The notes beneath the pieces were generated by a model. That model was not told the origin of the DNA, did not search any database, and saw only the letters and a program-made list of their open reading frames with translations. Shown here piece by piece: positions 38,601 to 48,874 of a stretch of DNA of 64,000 nt. The translations under genes and the position numbers were made by a program. This stretch comes from Candidatus Undinarchaeales archaeon. GTDB lineage: Archaea; SpSt-1190; JASMDC01. How positions within the stretch are numbered: position 1 is the first letter of the stretch; each line of letters starts with the position of its first letter. The stretch lies in NCBI GenBank assembly GCA_030753015.1, contig JASMDC010000008.1, positions 9,281 to 73,280 of the forward strand. The letters are read 5' to 3'.

Positions 38601-40685
38601 GAGCTTAGATGTCGCGCTGCCGGGATCATCATCCGAGCACGCCGTCGGATCTGTGCCGGTCGAGCCGTGATCTAGCAGAAGGAACCCTTCGATACCTTGA
38701 GAGAGCTCCTGTACGCGGACAGTATACGTACCAGCCCCTTCAGAGAACGCAGTATCAGTACTGAAACCCCACCCATGCTCCCGACAGCTTGCAACAGCTC
38801 CTGTCGTACCCACGACCCATTCCTCACCGCTCGGTCGTTCGACGACGAGACGATAGTCACAACTGTTCCCCGCACCGTCGGTACGTATGCGCAGGCTTAC
38901 GGTCTCCCCCAGTCCATAGCTGGTACGCGGAGATGTCACTCTGAGGCGCTGCGAGCTGGTAGATCGGGACACCCTTACCTCTCGCTCGGCTGATGTAGCA
39001 TTGTCCCCCTCTAGCGAGCATGTGACCCAGACCTTGTACATTCCTGCCTCGCCGGTCTCGAGCGATATCCGATAGGTCCCGTCCTCCTTGTCAAGGTCCA
39101 TCTCGAAATGGCCATCGAACGGCTCACCCACGGGTTCTGGCGTCACCTCCCGTAACCAGCATATGCACGTCCCCTCTATTAATTGGCCTGATTCGGTACC
39201 GTACCGTGCTGCAACCTCGATGTCCTCACCCACCGCTATGTTCGGCCCGCGAGGAAGGTCGATGGTAACTGAAGCTTCACAGTCAGCGGGGCACGCGGAC
39301 GCACTCTCTCCATGCTCGCACATTCCGTTCCCGCATTCAGCGCCTATGCAGTCCTCAGGACATAAATCGGCGTCCTCGCCCGCTTCGCAATTGTCATTGC
39401 CGCACAGGCTCAGATGGAGCTCGCCACCGAGATAACGTACGAGCACCATGTTGCAGGCCGCCTGGTGCGGTATAACGAAGATCGTTTCGTCGACCTTCGT
39501 GTCAGGTGGTCGGATATCTAACTTGATCTTGTGGTCCGTCTGTCCATGGGTCGTGATGATGTGCTCTTTGGCCGGCGACTGCATTCCTGTCCCCTTCTGG
39601 AAGCGCCCAGTGCATTCGGACTGGACCGTGAAGCTCACGCCGACCTCTACATCAGAGATGACACGGTACGAAGCGTGGGGCCATACCGGGATGTCACCTA
39701 GGTCGCCTTCTTCACCCTCGACCGTTATCATGGCAGGATCACATCCCTCCTCTGGCTCAGCAGTAACCAGCAGACGATCTTCTCCCTTGTCCACGCGGAT
39801 GACGCCGCGCTCGAAACAGAACTCTGGATGACTGAAAGAGATGAGCATCGTACCCATGGTGTCAGGGAGTGGGATGAGGAACTTGCCTAGGACATCGGAT
39901 GTCCACTTCCTATCGTCCCCCGGAAAGAAGATGGACATGCCTCGGACGGGATCCCCGGTAGCGGCGTTCACGAACCGTCCGATAAGGCGCATCCCCTCGT
40001 GCGGTTCCTCCTCAATCTCGAGAATGGGAGCAGCTATGTCCGGTATACCGTCGACGTCAACATCCTCGAGCGGTATGGGCGTCTTGCCATATGAGATCAG
40101 CTTGGTGAGGTGGCCCGTGCTCCATTCGTTCAAGATATCTGCGATGCACGATCCGGGAAAGCCGTCGTTGGACGGTACATAGTGGAAGACACGGTCGGCA
40201 AGATAGTCCCCTGTGGCGTTGATGATGTAGGCTTCCTCCCCAGTATAGTAGTCGACCTTCTCGGTACCCACCACACGATAAGCACTCGTGGTCGTGTAGA
40301 GCGCACCGTCGTCACCGGTCCTGGTTATCGTATGGTTCCAAACACGCCCCTCGTGGATCGGGAACTGAAGGAAGTGGAGGTCCCAGTCCTCGAGCTCCCC
40401 ATCCTCCTCGATGGCATTCATAGCAAGGTCGAACACACCTATATGATAGACGAGCGTCCTGATCATGTCCGGGTTCTTAGGATCGTCCCATACCTTGCAT
40501 GGGACCAAATAGCTCCTTCCGTAACTGGTGATATCATCAACGTAACAGAGTGTAACCCCGCCGTCAGTGTGCTGAGAGAGCCAGTAGGTACCAATGACCC
40601 ATTGAGGCGCGCTGTTGGCGATGGCACGAGCTGAGGGTACCAGCAGTACCAACAGTATGATATAGAGGATCGAGCGTGCCTTCAT
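35607..40685 (-). CDS. large secreted multidomain protein (~1690 aa)
   Basis: Signal peptide, Ig/carboxypeptidase-regulatory-like domains, CG(N/D)xxC..GE....C..DC repeats, TPR/SNAP-like helical region and C-terminal coiled coil. Confidence 0.8.
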   Translation of the reverse strand: MKARSILYIILLVLLVPSARAIANSAPQWVIGTYWLSQHTDGGVTLCYVDDITSYGRSYLVPCKVWDDPKNPDMIRTLVYHIGVFDLAMNAIEEDGELEDWDLHFLQFPIHEGRVWNHTITRTGDDGALYTTTSAYRVVGTEKVDYYTGEEAYIINATGDYLADRVFHYVPSNDGFPGSCIADILNEWSTGHLTKLISYGKTPIPLEDVDVDGIPDIAAPILEIEEEPHEGMRLIGRFVNAATGDPVRGMSIFFPGDDRKWTSDVLGKFLIPLPDTMGTMLISFSHPEFCFERGVIRVDKGEDRLLVTAEPEEGCDPAMITVEGEEGDLGDIPVWPHASYRVISDVEVGVSFTVQSECTGRFQKGTGMQSPAKEHIITTHGQTDHKIKLDIRPPDTKVDETIFVIPHQAACNMVLVRYLGGELHLSLCGNDNCEAGEDADLCPEDCIGAECGNGMCEHGESASACPADCEASVTIDLPRGPNIAVGEDIEVAARYGTESGQLIEGTCICWLREVTPEPVGEPFDGHFEMDLDKEDGTYRISLETGEAGMYKVWVTCSLEGDNATSAEREVRVSRSTSSQRLRVTSPRTSYGLGETVSLRIRTDGAGNSCDYRLVVERPSGEEWVVGTTGAVASCREHGWGFSTDTAFSEGAGTYTVRVQELSQGIEGFLLLDHGSTGTDPTACSDDDPGSATSKLVLVRGHGTMTVRMGGGTPTSAHGYLNLRDAAIDEPVPRGMEGDLDDGCMYGCPCTNDELVTVDDTTVRFRLGVCDDEDAVDLTYRITGPNPAVKVSLKEGDGVLVGLTGSYGGETAWLPLCTEAPPLEISVDRNTAKVGEDVTVDVVTRSEGALFVRVTLPDGTFKDVSMRQVRKTCQESPCQCPTDEQCACPETCTFTWRGSITIDRDGPKGLYRIEGTLEIPDAAVESDEVAFTVADSSAIDVHVELDRYIITPSERVEARVYLEENDRPVQDAIVVGTIMVEVEVDDGPLGVEQTPSRQRPLGGKVYFRNRVDHYVASFTPPGPGEYELHVVATLDSGSHMDGNVAFSVKERVESAQSIEREALEAAHADEFGKCAERYMEAARYWLARQKSDEGIHDAVRAATCLELDDLEVDQRSARYKEFAQLLRRSPFSKDEARQHGNVAVLSLVAVFESLSGDHSNAAATLEEARSVLDDIIGKVCPSDDPLCAAVDPLVLDTLATVQRMTGDIDGFRRTSAATAHILESQLILLCAEEVRTEQCSPVITGIGSDEHNNLVFTVENPGPNTFTSKSALYRLDSGNLKQCGLPELTLGPGRSTRVIAECEYDGSDRVSLKVTCLRSRSSCTSEDYVFGLLALSRKWLQAGERLQSTSLQRQAVDIVLNEMKGADYPQQIPILKFIAARTLESIGDRKGAMDACKNANSLLNQIADTSSDTIFFSYGGMSLCHRILGSEEKADELLEKAERSLATLDTVNAHRFRAGLLVAQGEHDKARVQCRQALVEGLAESELHRDLIFTSFCLDILQRSEVAANTCSLLTIVPDIEAQSMLSVFSNFPPPLSYCHRATLISPEDVSCGDGQCDLGETSRSCCVDCPCSPGMWCSRTVGRCVPQTSLEQGESHELARELSELARFTRELEALAGKLENHYEGIGDTDRAMKARTVRPLLASVAKDLVNAARELPNGPIERASGEADALRGVLRIARASVARAVSTWRGG

Positions 40686-40743
40686 GAGCACTCCCACTAC
40701 GGAAGAAGGGTGCGCGGCGTTTTATAGTTTGCGCAGTTGGACC

Positions 40744-43700
40744 CTAGTCACGCTTCCTCCCTAGATAGGCCCCCGCCAGTGCCAGCAGGGCCAGCGTCTC
40801 CACCACACCCGTACCGGGCGCGGTCACCAGATCGGAACCTCCCTTTGAGCCTGAGAGCACCACGAGGTTGACGGTGAGCGGATTTGCTCGTATCTCTTGC
40901 GGAACGGCAGCGGCCGCCTCGATGACGAGGGTTGTGGTACCAACCTTACCTGCGATAAGGGGAACCTGGATGACGCGCTGCTCTCCCTTGGCCAGCTTGT
41001 ACGTGCACGTCTTGACTCCCACGTTCTCACCGCAGTCGAGGGTTATATGAGTGGTAGCCGAGCCGGACACGCTCAGTGTCACCGCGATCTCGCCCGCGTA
41101 GGGGTTCTGGATGTACACCGGGTAGAGGTGCATGGAGCCCACGGTGAGTGCGAGCGACTTGAGTTGAGCCTCAGGATCGAAGAACGGCAGGTCGTCGACG
41201 CACATGGCCCTGAGCGGCGACCAGAACCATCCTGACCGACAGCACCGGCCGACGGCCGTGATGCAGTTGCCTGAGACGCACTCCCAGTTGTACCGGCAGG
41301 CTCCCATGCGGTACCCGCCCACCTTCAGGTTGACCTTGAATGGTATTTTCTGGACCACATCGCGGCATTCTGCACCGCTCTCCAGGTCGGGATCACCCTT
41401 GCACACTGTCGATGAGATCTTGACCGTGAAGTCCGTGGGACCCGACACCGGCAGCACCACGTACTTTGAGGACCGAGGCTGGAGGGTGAGGTTGTAGTAC
41501 TCACCATCCTTGATGACCAAGGGCTTCCCGGCTGCGTTGATGACCTGGATCGACACGGGCATCTTGAAGTCCGTGGGATTCTTGATGAACACCGGCACAT
41601 CGATGATCTCTCCGGGGCCCGTGGTGATCACGTTGGCCTTCACGTCCTTGGACCGATCGCACTCGGCCTTGGACTGCTTGCATGCCTCCGAACTCTCGTC
41701 CTCGAAGCAGGCATCGGAGAAGCAGGCGTCCGAGATCGTCGCCTCGAACCCGCCGACGGTGATCGGGATCTTGTTGACCACCTTGTTGGCATACGTGCCG
41801 TCACCCACCTGGTTCTTGCTCTCCACGATGAGCTCGCCCTTCACGGGTCCGCTCACCGGGATGCGCACGATCTTGGTGGTCCGCGCCTCCACGTGGCAAC
41901 CGCCGATGGAGGACATGTCGAGGTCGTTGGAGACCTTCGTGCCGTCATCCTTCTCGTACGCGAACGAGATGGCGCACTCCATCTCCGAGTCGGCGGTGTT
42001 GGACACCACGGCCTCGATGTAGTCCTTGCCGATGGCGGCCTGCTGGATCATCTGGGTGTTCTGGAAGAACACGCCCTGGCTCTCGCCCTCCTGCACACCG
42101 ATCGTCTCGCCGGTAGCGAGCTTGGCTGTGATGAAGACGGTGACCTCGCCGACGTCCTCCAGCGCGGCCTCGAGGTCGGCCGGGGACGCCGGGCACTCAC
42201 CAGCAACGCAGTGCGCGATGCGCACCTTGAGGTAATAGGTCGCGATACCCTCGCTCGTCACGTTGAACACGTACTGGTTGTCCGTCTCGGCACCCAGGTC
42301 CTTGGGCGGGTCGGGGAGCGTCTTGAGCAGTGCGTGGTCGGTATCGTACACCTCGACCTTCAGGCCGAGCGGGTAGGTCAGATGGTTGTCGATGCCGTAG
42401 TACCGGTACATCGTCGTCTGGTCTTCCTCGAGCGTGTACGTCAGCTCGTCCACGTTCAGAGCACACTTATCGTTCTCGCACGTCACGATGAACGCGAGGT
42501 TCGCTACGAGCTCCTGCTTGGCATCGTCGTCTGGTAGGTCATCCTCTGTCACCTCATCGATCGTTACATCGGTCTCCACCGACGTGGTGATCCAAGAGTC
42601 GTAGTAGATGAGCTGAGCGCCTGCGAACACGGCGTACTTGATCTGCAGGTCAGTGATCGAGGTCACCGTGAACTCGATGATCCTCGACTCTCCGGGAGCA
42701 AGGCCCGAGAGCATTAGGGACGCCAGGGTCTTGACGCCGGTGGACACGTTCACCTCGACGGACACTGTGCTGCCCAGCTGGTTGGTGACCTTCAGGTACT
42801 TCTTCTTGACCTGGTCGATGTTGGTACGCAGGGCCAGCACGGGCGGTGGTGAGATGCCGTCGAGCACGAACTCGGTGTCCGGGACGACGCCGTCCACATC
42901 GGTGACATCAGCGAGGCTCGTCTGGGCCTCGGGGACGGGCGGCAGCGGTGTGTAGCAGTCCGCAGGGCACTTGTTGGGACCGGTCTTCTCGTCCTCCTGG
43001 CATACACCGTCGGGGCAGGATGCATCGAGACAGTCGGCACACTCGGGGCCCTCGCCCTTCGCTGGCTCGCAAACGCCGTCACTGTCGCACGACTCGCACA
43101 CGCCGCAGTCGGACGGGCAGTTCTCGCAGCTCTCGCCCTGGATCATATCGCACACCAGCGAACCAGTGAGCGGATCAGGGACGCCGCATATGTCGGGTAA
43201 CTGACAATCGTCGGGTGCTGACTGCCAGCTCTCCCAGTAGTCACAGATGCCGTTGGCGCATACGACCTGGTCACCGGCCTGCTCGTCGGTGAGACCGCAG
43301 CAGTCGGCGGGGCAGCTGGCCGTGGTCTCACCGCGCTCGTACTGGCAGTTGTGGTCACCGCACACGAAGATGGGTGCAAGGCAATCGCGCGGGAGCGGGT
43401 CGAGACCAAGCTCGATGAAGTCGCACACGTCGTTGTCCTGGCACTCCTGTGGACAGTCGCCGTCGGTCAGCGGATCACAGACACCGTTGTCGCACGTGAG
43501 CGGGCATGCACCGCAATCGTTAGCGTGGTCGGTGCAGTCCTCGCCCACCTCGCATCCGTTGGCGTCAGCGATATGGCGAACGACATCGCACTCCTCGCAT
43601 ATACCGCAGTTGGCCGCGCCCCCGCTGACGGTGCAGCACTCGTTGTAGAGGCATTCCGAGATGGGGCCGCAGTGGCCGGGGAAGCACGGCGACGGACCGC

Positions 43701-46700
43701 TGGCCAGCGGTTCCATGCACGTCCCGCCATCGTCGGGAGAGCAGTACCCCTCTATCGAGGAATCGTCCTTGAAGAGCCGGCAGTCCGAGCCCGCGCCCAG
43801 CCAGCTGATCGTGATCTCCTTCGTATCGAAGGTACCCTGAGCGTCGCGGTTCACCTGCTTGCAGTAGCGCTGCTCGGCGTCACCGGGGAGGACCCGGGTG
43901 TGCGTGTCATCGTCGTAGTCCGTGCACTCGCAAAGGTCCTGATACTTGAACTTCAGCGTGAAACCGCGGTTGAACGACGACTGCATGAACTGCCAGGTGT
44001 TGCACTCTACCTGGTATACCAGGATTCGGTTCTGGCCGGGCCGCAGGGTGTTGGAGACCAATGGCTCGGCCGACAGTGTGCAGAAGTTGGACTTCCAGCT
44101 GGGATCGGGCTCACCGTTCCCGAGATAGAGCTGGTTCTCCCGTGGGTTGTAGTTGAGGATGTAGTCGTAGAGGTCGAAGCCGTTCTTGAGGTAGGCGATG
44201 CCGTCGCCCAGGTTGGTGAGCACCACGCGGATCTTCTGCACCGGCGAGCAGTGTGGCCATTCGTCATACCCGTCGGGGATGGCTGTGGTCACCGTGGCGC
44301 TGGACACGACCACGTCGGCGGAGCGCCAGATGCCCACCTGTCGGGTGCCCTTGTGCTCATCGAGCGCGTTGAAGAGGAGCAGATCGTATTTGGGCCGCGT
44401 CATCTGGTCGGGGCCGAACGATTCGGTTGGTGTGAAGCTGCAATCGCCCTCGCACGAGGTCGCTCCCTCACCGCAGGTCCCCGTGGTGATCTGACATTCC
44501 GGAGATGCGCCATCGTACTGGAACACCTTGTCATCATGGTCGTCACCGTGGCGTAAGGATATCTTGCGCAGCTCGGTTGTGCACTGACTGGTGAACCTGA
44601 AGTAGAGCGGGTCGCCCTTAGCAGGGCAGACGTTCAGGTCGAGGTCCACGGGCGGATCGTATATAGCGATCTGGGGCTTCTGGATCTTGATGTAGAACTC
44701 CCCGCACTCGCACCGCTCCTCATCGAACGCACATGTAGTTGGATCGCAGGTGATGCTGCCGTCCTCGTCCACGTCCCGGGCGATAAGTATCTTGTGCTGG
44801 CCGAAGGGCGTCGACTCGGGGATCCGGATGGAGCAGGTAGCATCCTTCTTGTACTCCTTACCCGTACCAGCATTACAGGTCCCCAGCTTGCGGTCGTCGG
44901 CGATGCGGTCCAGGTACACCACGGCCTCGGGGCTGGAGCATGTCACAGTGTAGGAGAAAGTGATTGTGGCCCCCGGGCACAGCTCGGTGATGGGAGGCGC
45001 CTCGGTGAGGGTTATCTGGGGATCGGCCACCTCGAACACGAGGTCGCCCTGTCCTATACGCCATCCGTCAGCGGATTTGGCTGTGCCGGCCGAGCCGAAC
45101 TTGCATATCCCGCTCAGGGTCCCATCGGAGTACTGGTTGCACCCCCAGGCCCGGTCGCCCTCGCCACCGCAGTCGGGGCATACGAAGTTACCCTGGGTGT
45201 CGCACACACGGGTGGCGGTGTCCACGTAGATGGTGTACACGCCAGGTGCCCTGGGGCCGAGATAGGTCTTTCCTGTGTTGGCACGGTAGTCGATGTCGTT
45301 CCCGGGAGCGTGCCCGTACCGACGCCAGACATCGCAGGTCTGGCCGTCCGTTGCCCGCAAATAGGCGATGACTCCGGGGCTCGAGACGACCGAGTTGCAC
45401 GAGCTGTCCTTGCAGAGCATGCACTTGCTCGTGGAGAGGTAGTTCTCGGCCTTGCCGCCCATGTCGATGATGGGTGACTTATGCGGATCGCACACGGGAT
45501 TGGACCCCGCGAGGTTGATATCACCGCACCGTGATATGCGGCCATAGGAGTTGAAGGAACCGCTGCTGCGGGCGCCGTTAGAGCATACGAGGTTGTACTG
45601 GCTCACAGAGACGTAGAACTGCAGTGCGTCCCCCGGACATATCTGGTTACCCGTCCGCTCAGCGTCGATGTCGATGTTGATAGCTCCGGAGTAGGAGATA
45701 CCGGTGCTCTGGGTGGCACCAACGCTGTGGGTGCATGTTGAGCCCGCACAGGTGGCGCCGAGGTTCACCTTGCAGTTACCGAGCTTGCATTCGAACGTCT
45801 CATCGGCGTTCGCCCCGGTGAGCCTGAGCTTCACTGCTTGTGGGCCTGTGGTGGTCTTGGGATTGATGGCCAGCCGGCACCAGGGATCCGGGTCCTGCTG
45901 GATCGTGGAACCGCCGTTCTCGAGCGACGTAGGCCCCGGGCAGGTGCCCTGGAGCTTGTCCCCCAGGATCACGTCGAAGTAGGTGCCCGGTGGAAAGCAC
46001 CTGCTCGCGATGTGGAGGTAGAGCGAGGCCGAGAGGCAGGTGTCCGCGGGGAACACGTACAGGTCGATGCCCTTCTGGGATATCTCGAGGGTGACGCTGT
46101 CCGAGTCCTCGTAGTACATCCCGGACTGGGGGGCTTTTGCGACGATGTTGACCGATGTCTTGCTGAAGTCCGAGGGGAGCTTGAGCTCGACGTACCCGAA
46201 GGCGTCCGGGGTCTGTGTCGCACCTATCTGCTGGTCGCCGTCGAACATCTTGACGGCCACATGATCGCTACGGACGACACCCTGACCCCATTCGTCGATG
46301 ACGCGGACCTTGAACCTCACGCCCGTGCACCCGCTCGGCGGGAGCTCGGTGACGGTCAACTTGCTCACTAGCTTCAGCTCGGTGATGGCCGTGGAATAGC
46401 TGCTCTTGAAGGCCACGATCTCGAGGTCGCCCACGAAGTAGGTCATGTCGATGATCGCTTCTGCGGCGGAGTCCCAGGTGAACCGGCCTACCGCGTCGGT
46501 GGTCCCCTGGCTCATGATCTTCTTGGTCTCGGCGTCGCGCACCTCGATGTTCGCTTCCGGGACCGGATCGTTCGAGCTGGTCACCACGAACGTGACGGTG
46601 CCCTTCGGATGGATGGTGGATACCTCTTGGTCCGAGACGTCGAGGACCTTGAGGTCGATGATGGGGATGTCGATGGGGATGAACTGCTCCATCTCCTGGA

Positions 46701-47625
46701 AAGCGCCGAGCTCGTCCTTGGCGAAGGCGACCAGGCGGTAGTTACCGTAGTCGACGTTGTGCAGTTCGCACTCCATGGCGTCACCGGCAACGGAGCACTG
46801 CTCGATCTTCCCTCCCTCCGGATTGTAGAGCGCCAGGGTCTTCTCCACGATCTCGTCTTCTTCGGGATCATGCCAGGTGATAGCGATATCGAACTTCGTG
46901 ATGGTATCGCCGCCCGAGGGGGTGGTGTGGACCTCGATGCTCGCATCAGCGGCACGGGGGTGGAAGTTGGTGATGGCCAGACGGGTACCGGTGCTGTCCC
47001 ACTCATCCTCGCCCGAGTCGATGAAGATGCCGCAGCCGAGGATGGGTGTGCCCAACGGATCGAAGCGGAAGTAGAGGAAGTCGTTGTCGATCCGGTCTAT
47101 GGTCGCCTCCACTCGGTGATCGGCCATGGTCATCTCGCAAATATTGGTGATGGCCTCCGACCCGCGGAACTCGAACCACTCGTCACCGTTCTCTGGATCA
47201 CAGTCAAGGGTCGAGTAGTGTGTGTCGCTCGAGCAGAGGGCTACACGGTACTCGGGAGGTGCTGCGCAGTTGGTGGAAGGATAGTACCAGAGCTCTGCCT
47301 TGTGGTTCAGGTAGGTCGTCGTGTTGAACAGCACACGGACGTACTTGGGATTCTGGGAAGGATCGTGATGCTGTGGTTCGTTGGTGATGCACGCCTCGTT
47401 GCGGGTGAACCGCTTCCAGAGGCAGGGATCGTCCCCCTCCACCGTAGCGACAGCACAGGCCGCGTCGATGATGGTGTCGGTCACATTGTCATCCTCACCG
47501 TTCTCGATAAGGACGATGAGCGTATCCTTTGAGCGGACCTCACCCTCGTCCCCCACTGCCGGTAGCAGTACGAGACCCAGGAGCACGCATGTTATGAACA
47601 GGGCATATTTCCGATCAATCGACAT
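40744..47625 (-). CDS. giant Cys-rich surface protein (2293 aa) with a PGF-CTERM-like sorting signal
   Basis: Signal peptide, many Cys pairs, tandem CxxxxC...GE....CPxDC repeats. C-terminus TAPGTG + TM helix + RKRD. Confidence 0.82.
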   Translation of the reverse strand: MSIDRKYALFITCVLLGLVLLPAVGDEGEVRSKDTLIVLIENGEDDNVTDTIIDAACAVATVEGDDPCLWKRFTRNEACITNEPQHHDPSQNPKYVRVLFNTTTYLNHKAELWYYPSTNCAAPPEYRVALCSSDTHYSTLDCDPENGDEWFEFRGSEAITNICEMTMADHRVEATIDRIDNDFLYFRFDPLGTPILGCGIFIDSGEDEWDSTGTRLAITNFHPRAADASIEVHTTPSGGDTITKFDIAITWHDPEEDEIVEKTLALYNPEGGKIEQCSVAGDAMECELHNVDYGNYRLVAFAKDELGAFQEMEQFIPIDIPIIDLKVLDVSDQEVSTIHPKGTVTFVVTSSNDPVPEANIEVRDAETKKIMSQGTTDAVGRFTWDSAAEAIIDMTYFVGDLEIVAFKSSYSTAITELKLVSKLTVTELPPSGCTGVRFKVRVIDEWGQGVVRSDHVAVKMFDGDQQIGATQTPDAFGYVELKLPSDFSKTSVNIVAKAPQSGMYYEDSDSVTLEISQKGIDLYVFPADTCLSASLYLHIASRCFPPGTYFDVILGDKLQGTCPGPTSLENGGSTIQQDPDPWCRLAINPKTTTGPQAVKLRLTGANADETFECKLGNCKVNLGATCAGSTCTHSVGATQSTGISYSGAINIDIDAERTGNQICPGDALQFYVSVSQYNLVCSNGARSSGSFNSYGRISRCGDINLAGSNPVCDPHKSPIIDMGGKAENYLSTSKCMLCKDSSCNSVVSSPGVIAYLRATDGQTCDVWRRYGHAPGNDIDYRANTGKTYLGPRAPGVYTIYVDTATRVCDTQGNFVCPDCGGEGDRAWGCNQYSDGTLSGICKFGSAGTAKSADGWRIGQGDLVFEVADPQITLTEAPPITELCPGATITFSYTVTCSSPEAVVYLDRIADDRKLGTCNAGTGKEYKKDATCSIRIPESTPFGQHKILIARDVDEDGSITCDPTTCAFDEERCECGEFYIKIQKPQIAIYDPPVDLDLNVCPAKGDPLYFRFTSQCTTELRKISLRHGDDHDDKVFQYDGASPECQITTGTCGEGATSCEGDCSFTPTESFGPDQMTRPKYDLLLFNALDEHKGTRQVGIWRSADVVVSSATVTTAIPDGYDEWPHCSPVQKIRVVLTNLGDGIAYLKNGFDLYDYILNYNPRENQLYLGNGEPDPSWKSNFCTLSAEPLVSNTLRPGQNRILVYQVECNTWQFMQSSFNRGFTLKFKYQDLCECTDYDDDTHTRVLPGDAEQRYCKQVNRDAQGTFDTKEITISWLGAGSDCRLFKDDSSIEGYCSPDDGGTCMEPLASGPSPCFPGHCGPISECLYNECCTVSGGAANCGICEECDVVRHIADANGCEVGEDCTDHANDCGACPLTCDNGVCDPLTDGDCPQECQDNDVCDFIELGLDPLPRDCLAPIFVCGDHNCQYERGETTASCPADCCGLTDEQAGDQVVCANGICDYWESWQSAPDDCQLPDICGVPDPLTGSLVCDMIQGESCENCPSDCGVCESCDSDGVCEPAKGEGPECADCLDASCPDGVCQEDEKTGPNKCPADCYTPLPPVPEAQTSLADVTDVDGVVPDTEFVLDGISPPPVLALRTNIDQVKKKYLKVTNQLGSTVSVEVNVSTGVKTLASLMLSGLAPGESRIIEFTVTSITDLQIKYAVFAGAQLIYYDSWITTSVETDVTIDEVTEDDLPDDDAKQELVANLAFIVTCENDKCALNVDELTYTLEEDQTTMYRYYGIDNHLTYPLGLKVEVYDTDHALLKTLPDPPKDLGAETDNQYVFNVTSEGIATYYLKVRIAHCVAGECPASPADLEAALEDVGEVTVFITAKLATGETIGVQEGESQGVFFQNTQMIQQAAIGKDYIEAVVSNTADSEMECAISFAYEKDDGTKVSNDLDMSSIGGCHVEARTTKIVRIPVSGPVKGELIVESKNQVGDGTYANKVVNKIPITVGGFEATISDACFSDACFEDESSEACKQSKAECDRSKDVKANVITTGPGEIIDVPVFIKNPTDFKMPVSIQVINAAGKPLVIKDGEYYNLTLQPRSSKYVVLPVSGPTDFTVKISSTVCKGDPDLESGAECRDVVQKIPFKVNLKVGGYRMGACRYNWECVSGNCITAVGRCCRSGWFWSPLRAMCVDDLPFFDPEAQLKSLALTVGSMHLYPVYIQNPYAGEIAVTLSVSGSATTHITLDCGENVGVKTCTYKLAKGEQRVIQVPLIAGKVGTTTLVIEAAAAVPQEIRANPLTVNLVVLSGSKGGSDLVTAPGTGVVETLALLALAGAYLGRKRD

Positions 47626-47720
47626 AGTACTACCTCCCCTGCATTATCAGTACGCCGTGTCGTTTTTATAGCTTGGGAAAGGCTGATGGGATCGCTCATT
47701 CTGCCAGGGTATGCTCGGAC

Positions 47721-48230
47721 CTATACTGCATGGTCGACTGCGTCAAGCACTTCGAGAAGGTCATCGATATCGCCGCCCATGAGAAGGCATCCCGCTCCTA
47801 TATCGGACACGTCATTGATGTTGAACGAACTGTCATCGACGAACAGGCACTCCTCGGGCCGCACCTCGATGCCGTCCCTGGCGAGATCGCGGAGCATGGT
47901 CCGCACGGAACCGCCCTTGGGCCGCCAGCATATGCTCAGCCGTACGAATGAATCGCGCAGGTCCCATCCGTCCAGCGCCGCGAGCACGGGTGGTTCGTCG
48001 TTGTGGGTCACAAGACCTATGAGCACATCGCGCTCCTGCAGTCCTGTCAGGAGCTCGCGGGCACCAGGGCGGAGAGCGATGGTGGCGCCCCTGGTGTCCT
48101 CCAGGGTATCGGCGTCACGTCGTCGAAGTGGTGGACGGAGCAGCGATGCGTAGTCTGCGCCCCGGCAGGTCCAGAGCGTCTCGTCACCGTCCAGGAGCAC
48201 AAGTCGGCATGTCACGGACACCACTACCAC
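47721..48230 (-). CDS. magnesium-dependent phosphatase-1 (HAD IIIC family)
   Basis: LDGDETLW, T(H)N, PK and FVDD HAD motifs. Confidence 0.82.
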   Translation of the reverse strand: MVVVSVTCRLVLLDGDETLWTCRGADYASLLRPPLRRRDADTLEDTRGATIALRPGARELLTGLQERDVLIGLVTHNDEPPVLAALDGWDLRDSFVRLSICWRPKGGSVRTMLRDLARDGIEVRPEECLFVDDSSFNINDVSDIGAGCLLMGGDIDDLLEVLDAVDHAV

Positions 48231-48281
48231 TTGAAAGGTTTTTTAATCCTAGCCTGTCTAGTATAATAGCAGGTGGTATTC

Positions 48282-48845
48282 ATGGGGGGCAAGCCGCAGG
48301 ATGACGAGGGTGTGGAATTCTACCGCCGCATGTCCCAGAAGCGGCCCGACTACGCCCACACATGGTACCGTCAGGGGAACACGCATGCCCTCAACGAGGA
48401 GTATCAGAAGGCCATCGACTGCTATATGAAGGCCTTAGAGACGCGTCCCGACCACGTCAATGCCCTCAACAACATCGGTAACGCCTACATGGCCAAGAAT
48501 CTGTACAAGCAGGCGATCGACTACTATCGTAAGGCCCTCGAGCTCAATCCCCTGGACGAGCTGGCGTGGGGGAACCGGGGCATCGCTCATGGCTACCTTG
48601 GCGAGTTCAAGGAAGCCATCCACTGCTTTGAACAAGCCCTGAAGCTCAACGATGAGAACGTCAAGGTCCTTAGCAATATGGGCATCACCTACTTCAACAA
48701 GGGTGAGAATAGCGAGGCGAGGAAGTGCTTTAGCAAGGTGCTTGAGCTAAATCCTGATGACGAACTCGCCCTCTCATGCCTGGCGCGTATGAACGAGAAG
48801 GCCGAGGACTCGAAGCGAGGCCTCATCAGCAGGTTCTTCGGCTAG
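48282..48845 (+). CDS. tetratricopeptide repeat protein
   Basis: Four canonical TPRs and an amphipathic C-terminal tail GLISRFFG. Confidence 0.9.
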   Translation: MGGKPQDDEGVEFYRRMSQKRPDYAHTWYRQGNTHALNEEYQKAIDCYMKALETRPDHVNALNNIGNAYMAKNLYKQAIDYYRKALELNPLDELAWGNRGIAHGYLGEFKEAIHCFEQALKLNDENVKVLSNMGITYFNKGENSEARKCFSKVLELNPDDELALSCLARMNEKAEDSKRGLISRFFG

Positions 48846-48874
48846 TGGATACTGTTCATCGTGACGAGAGATCC

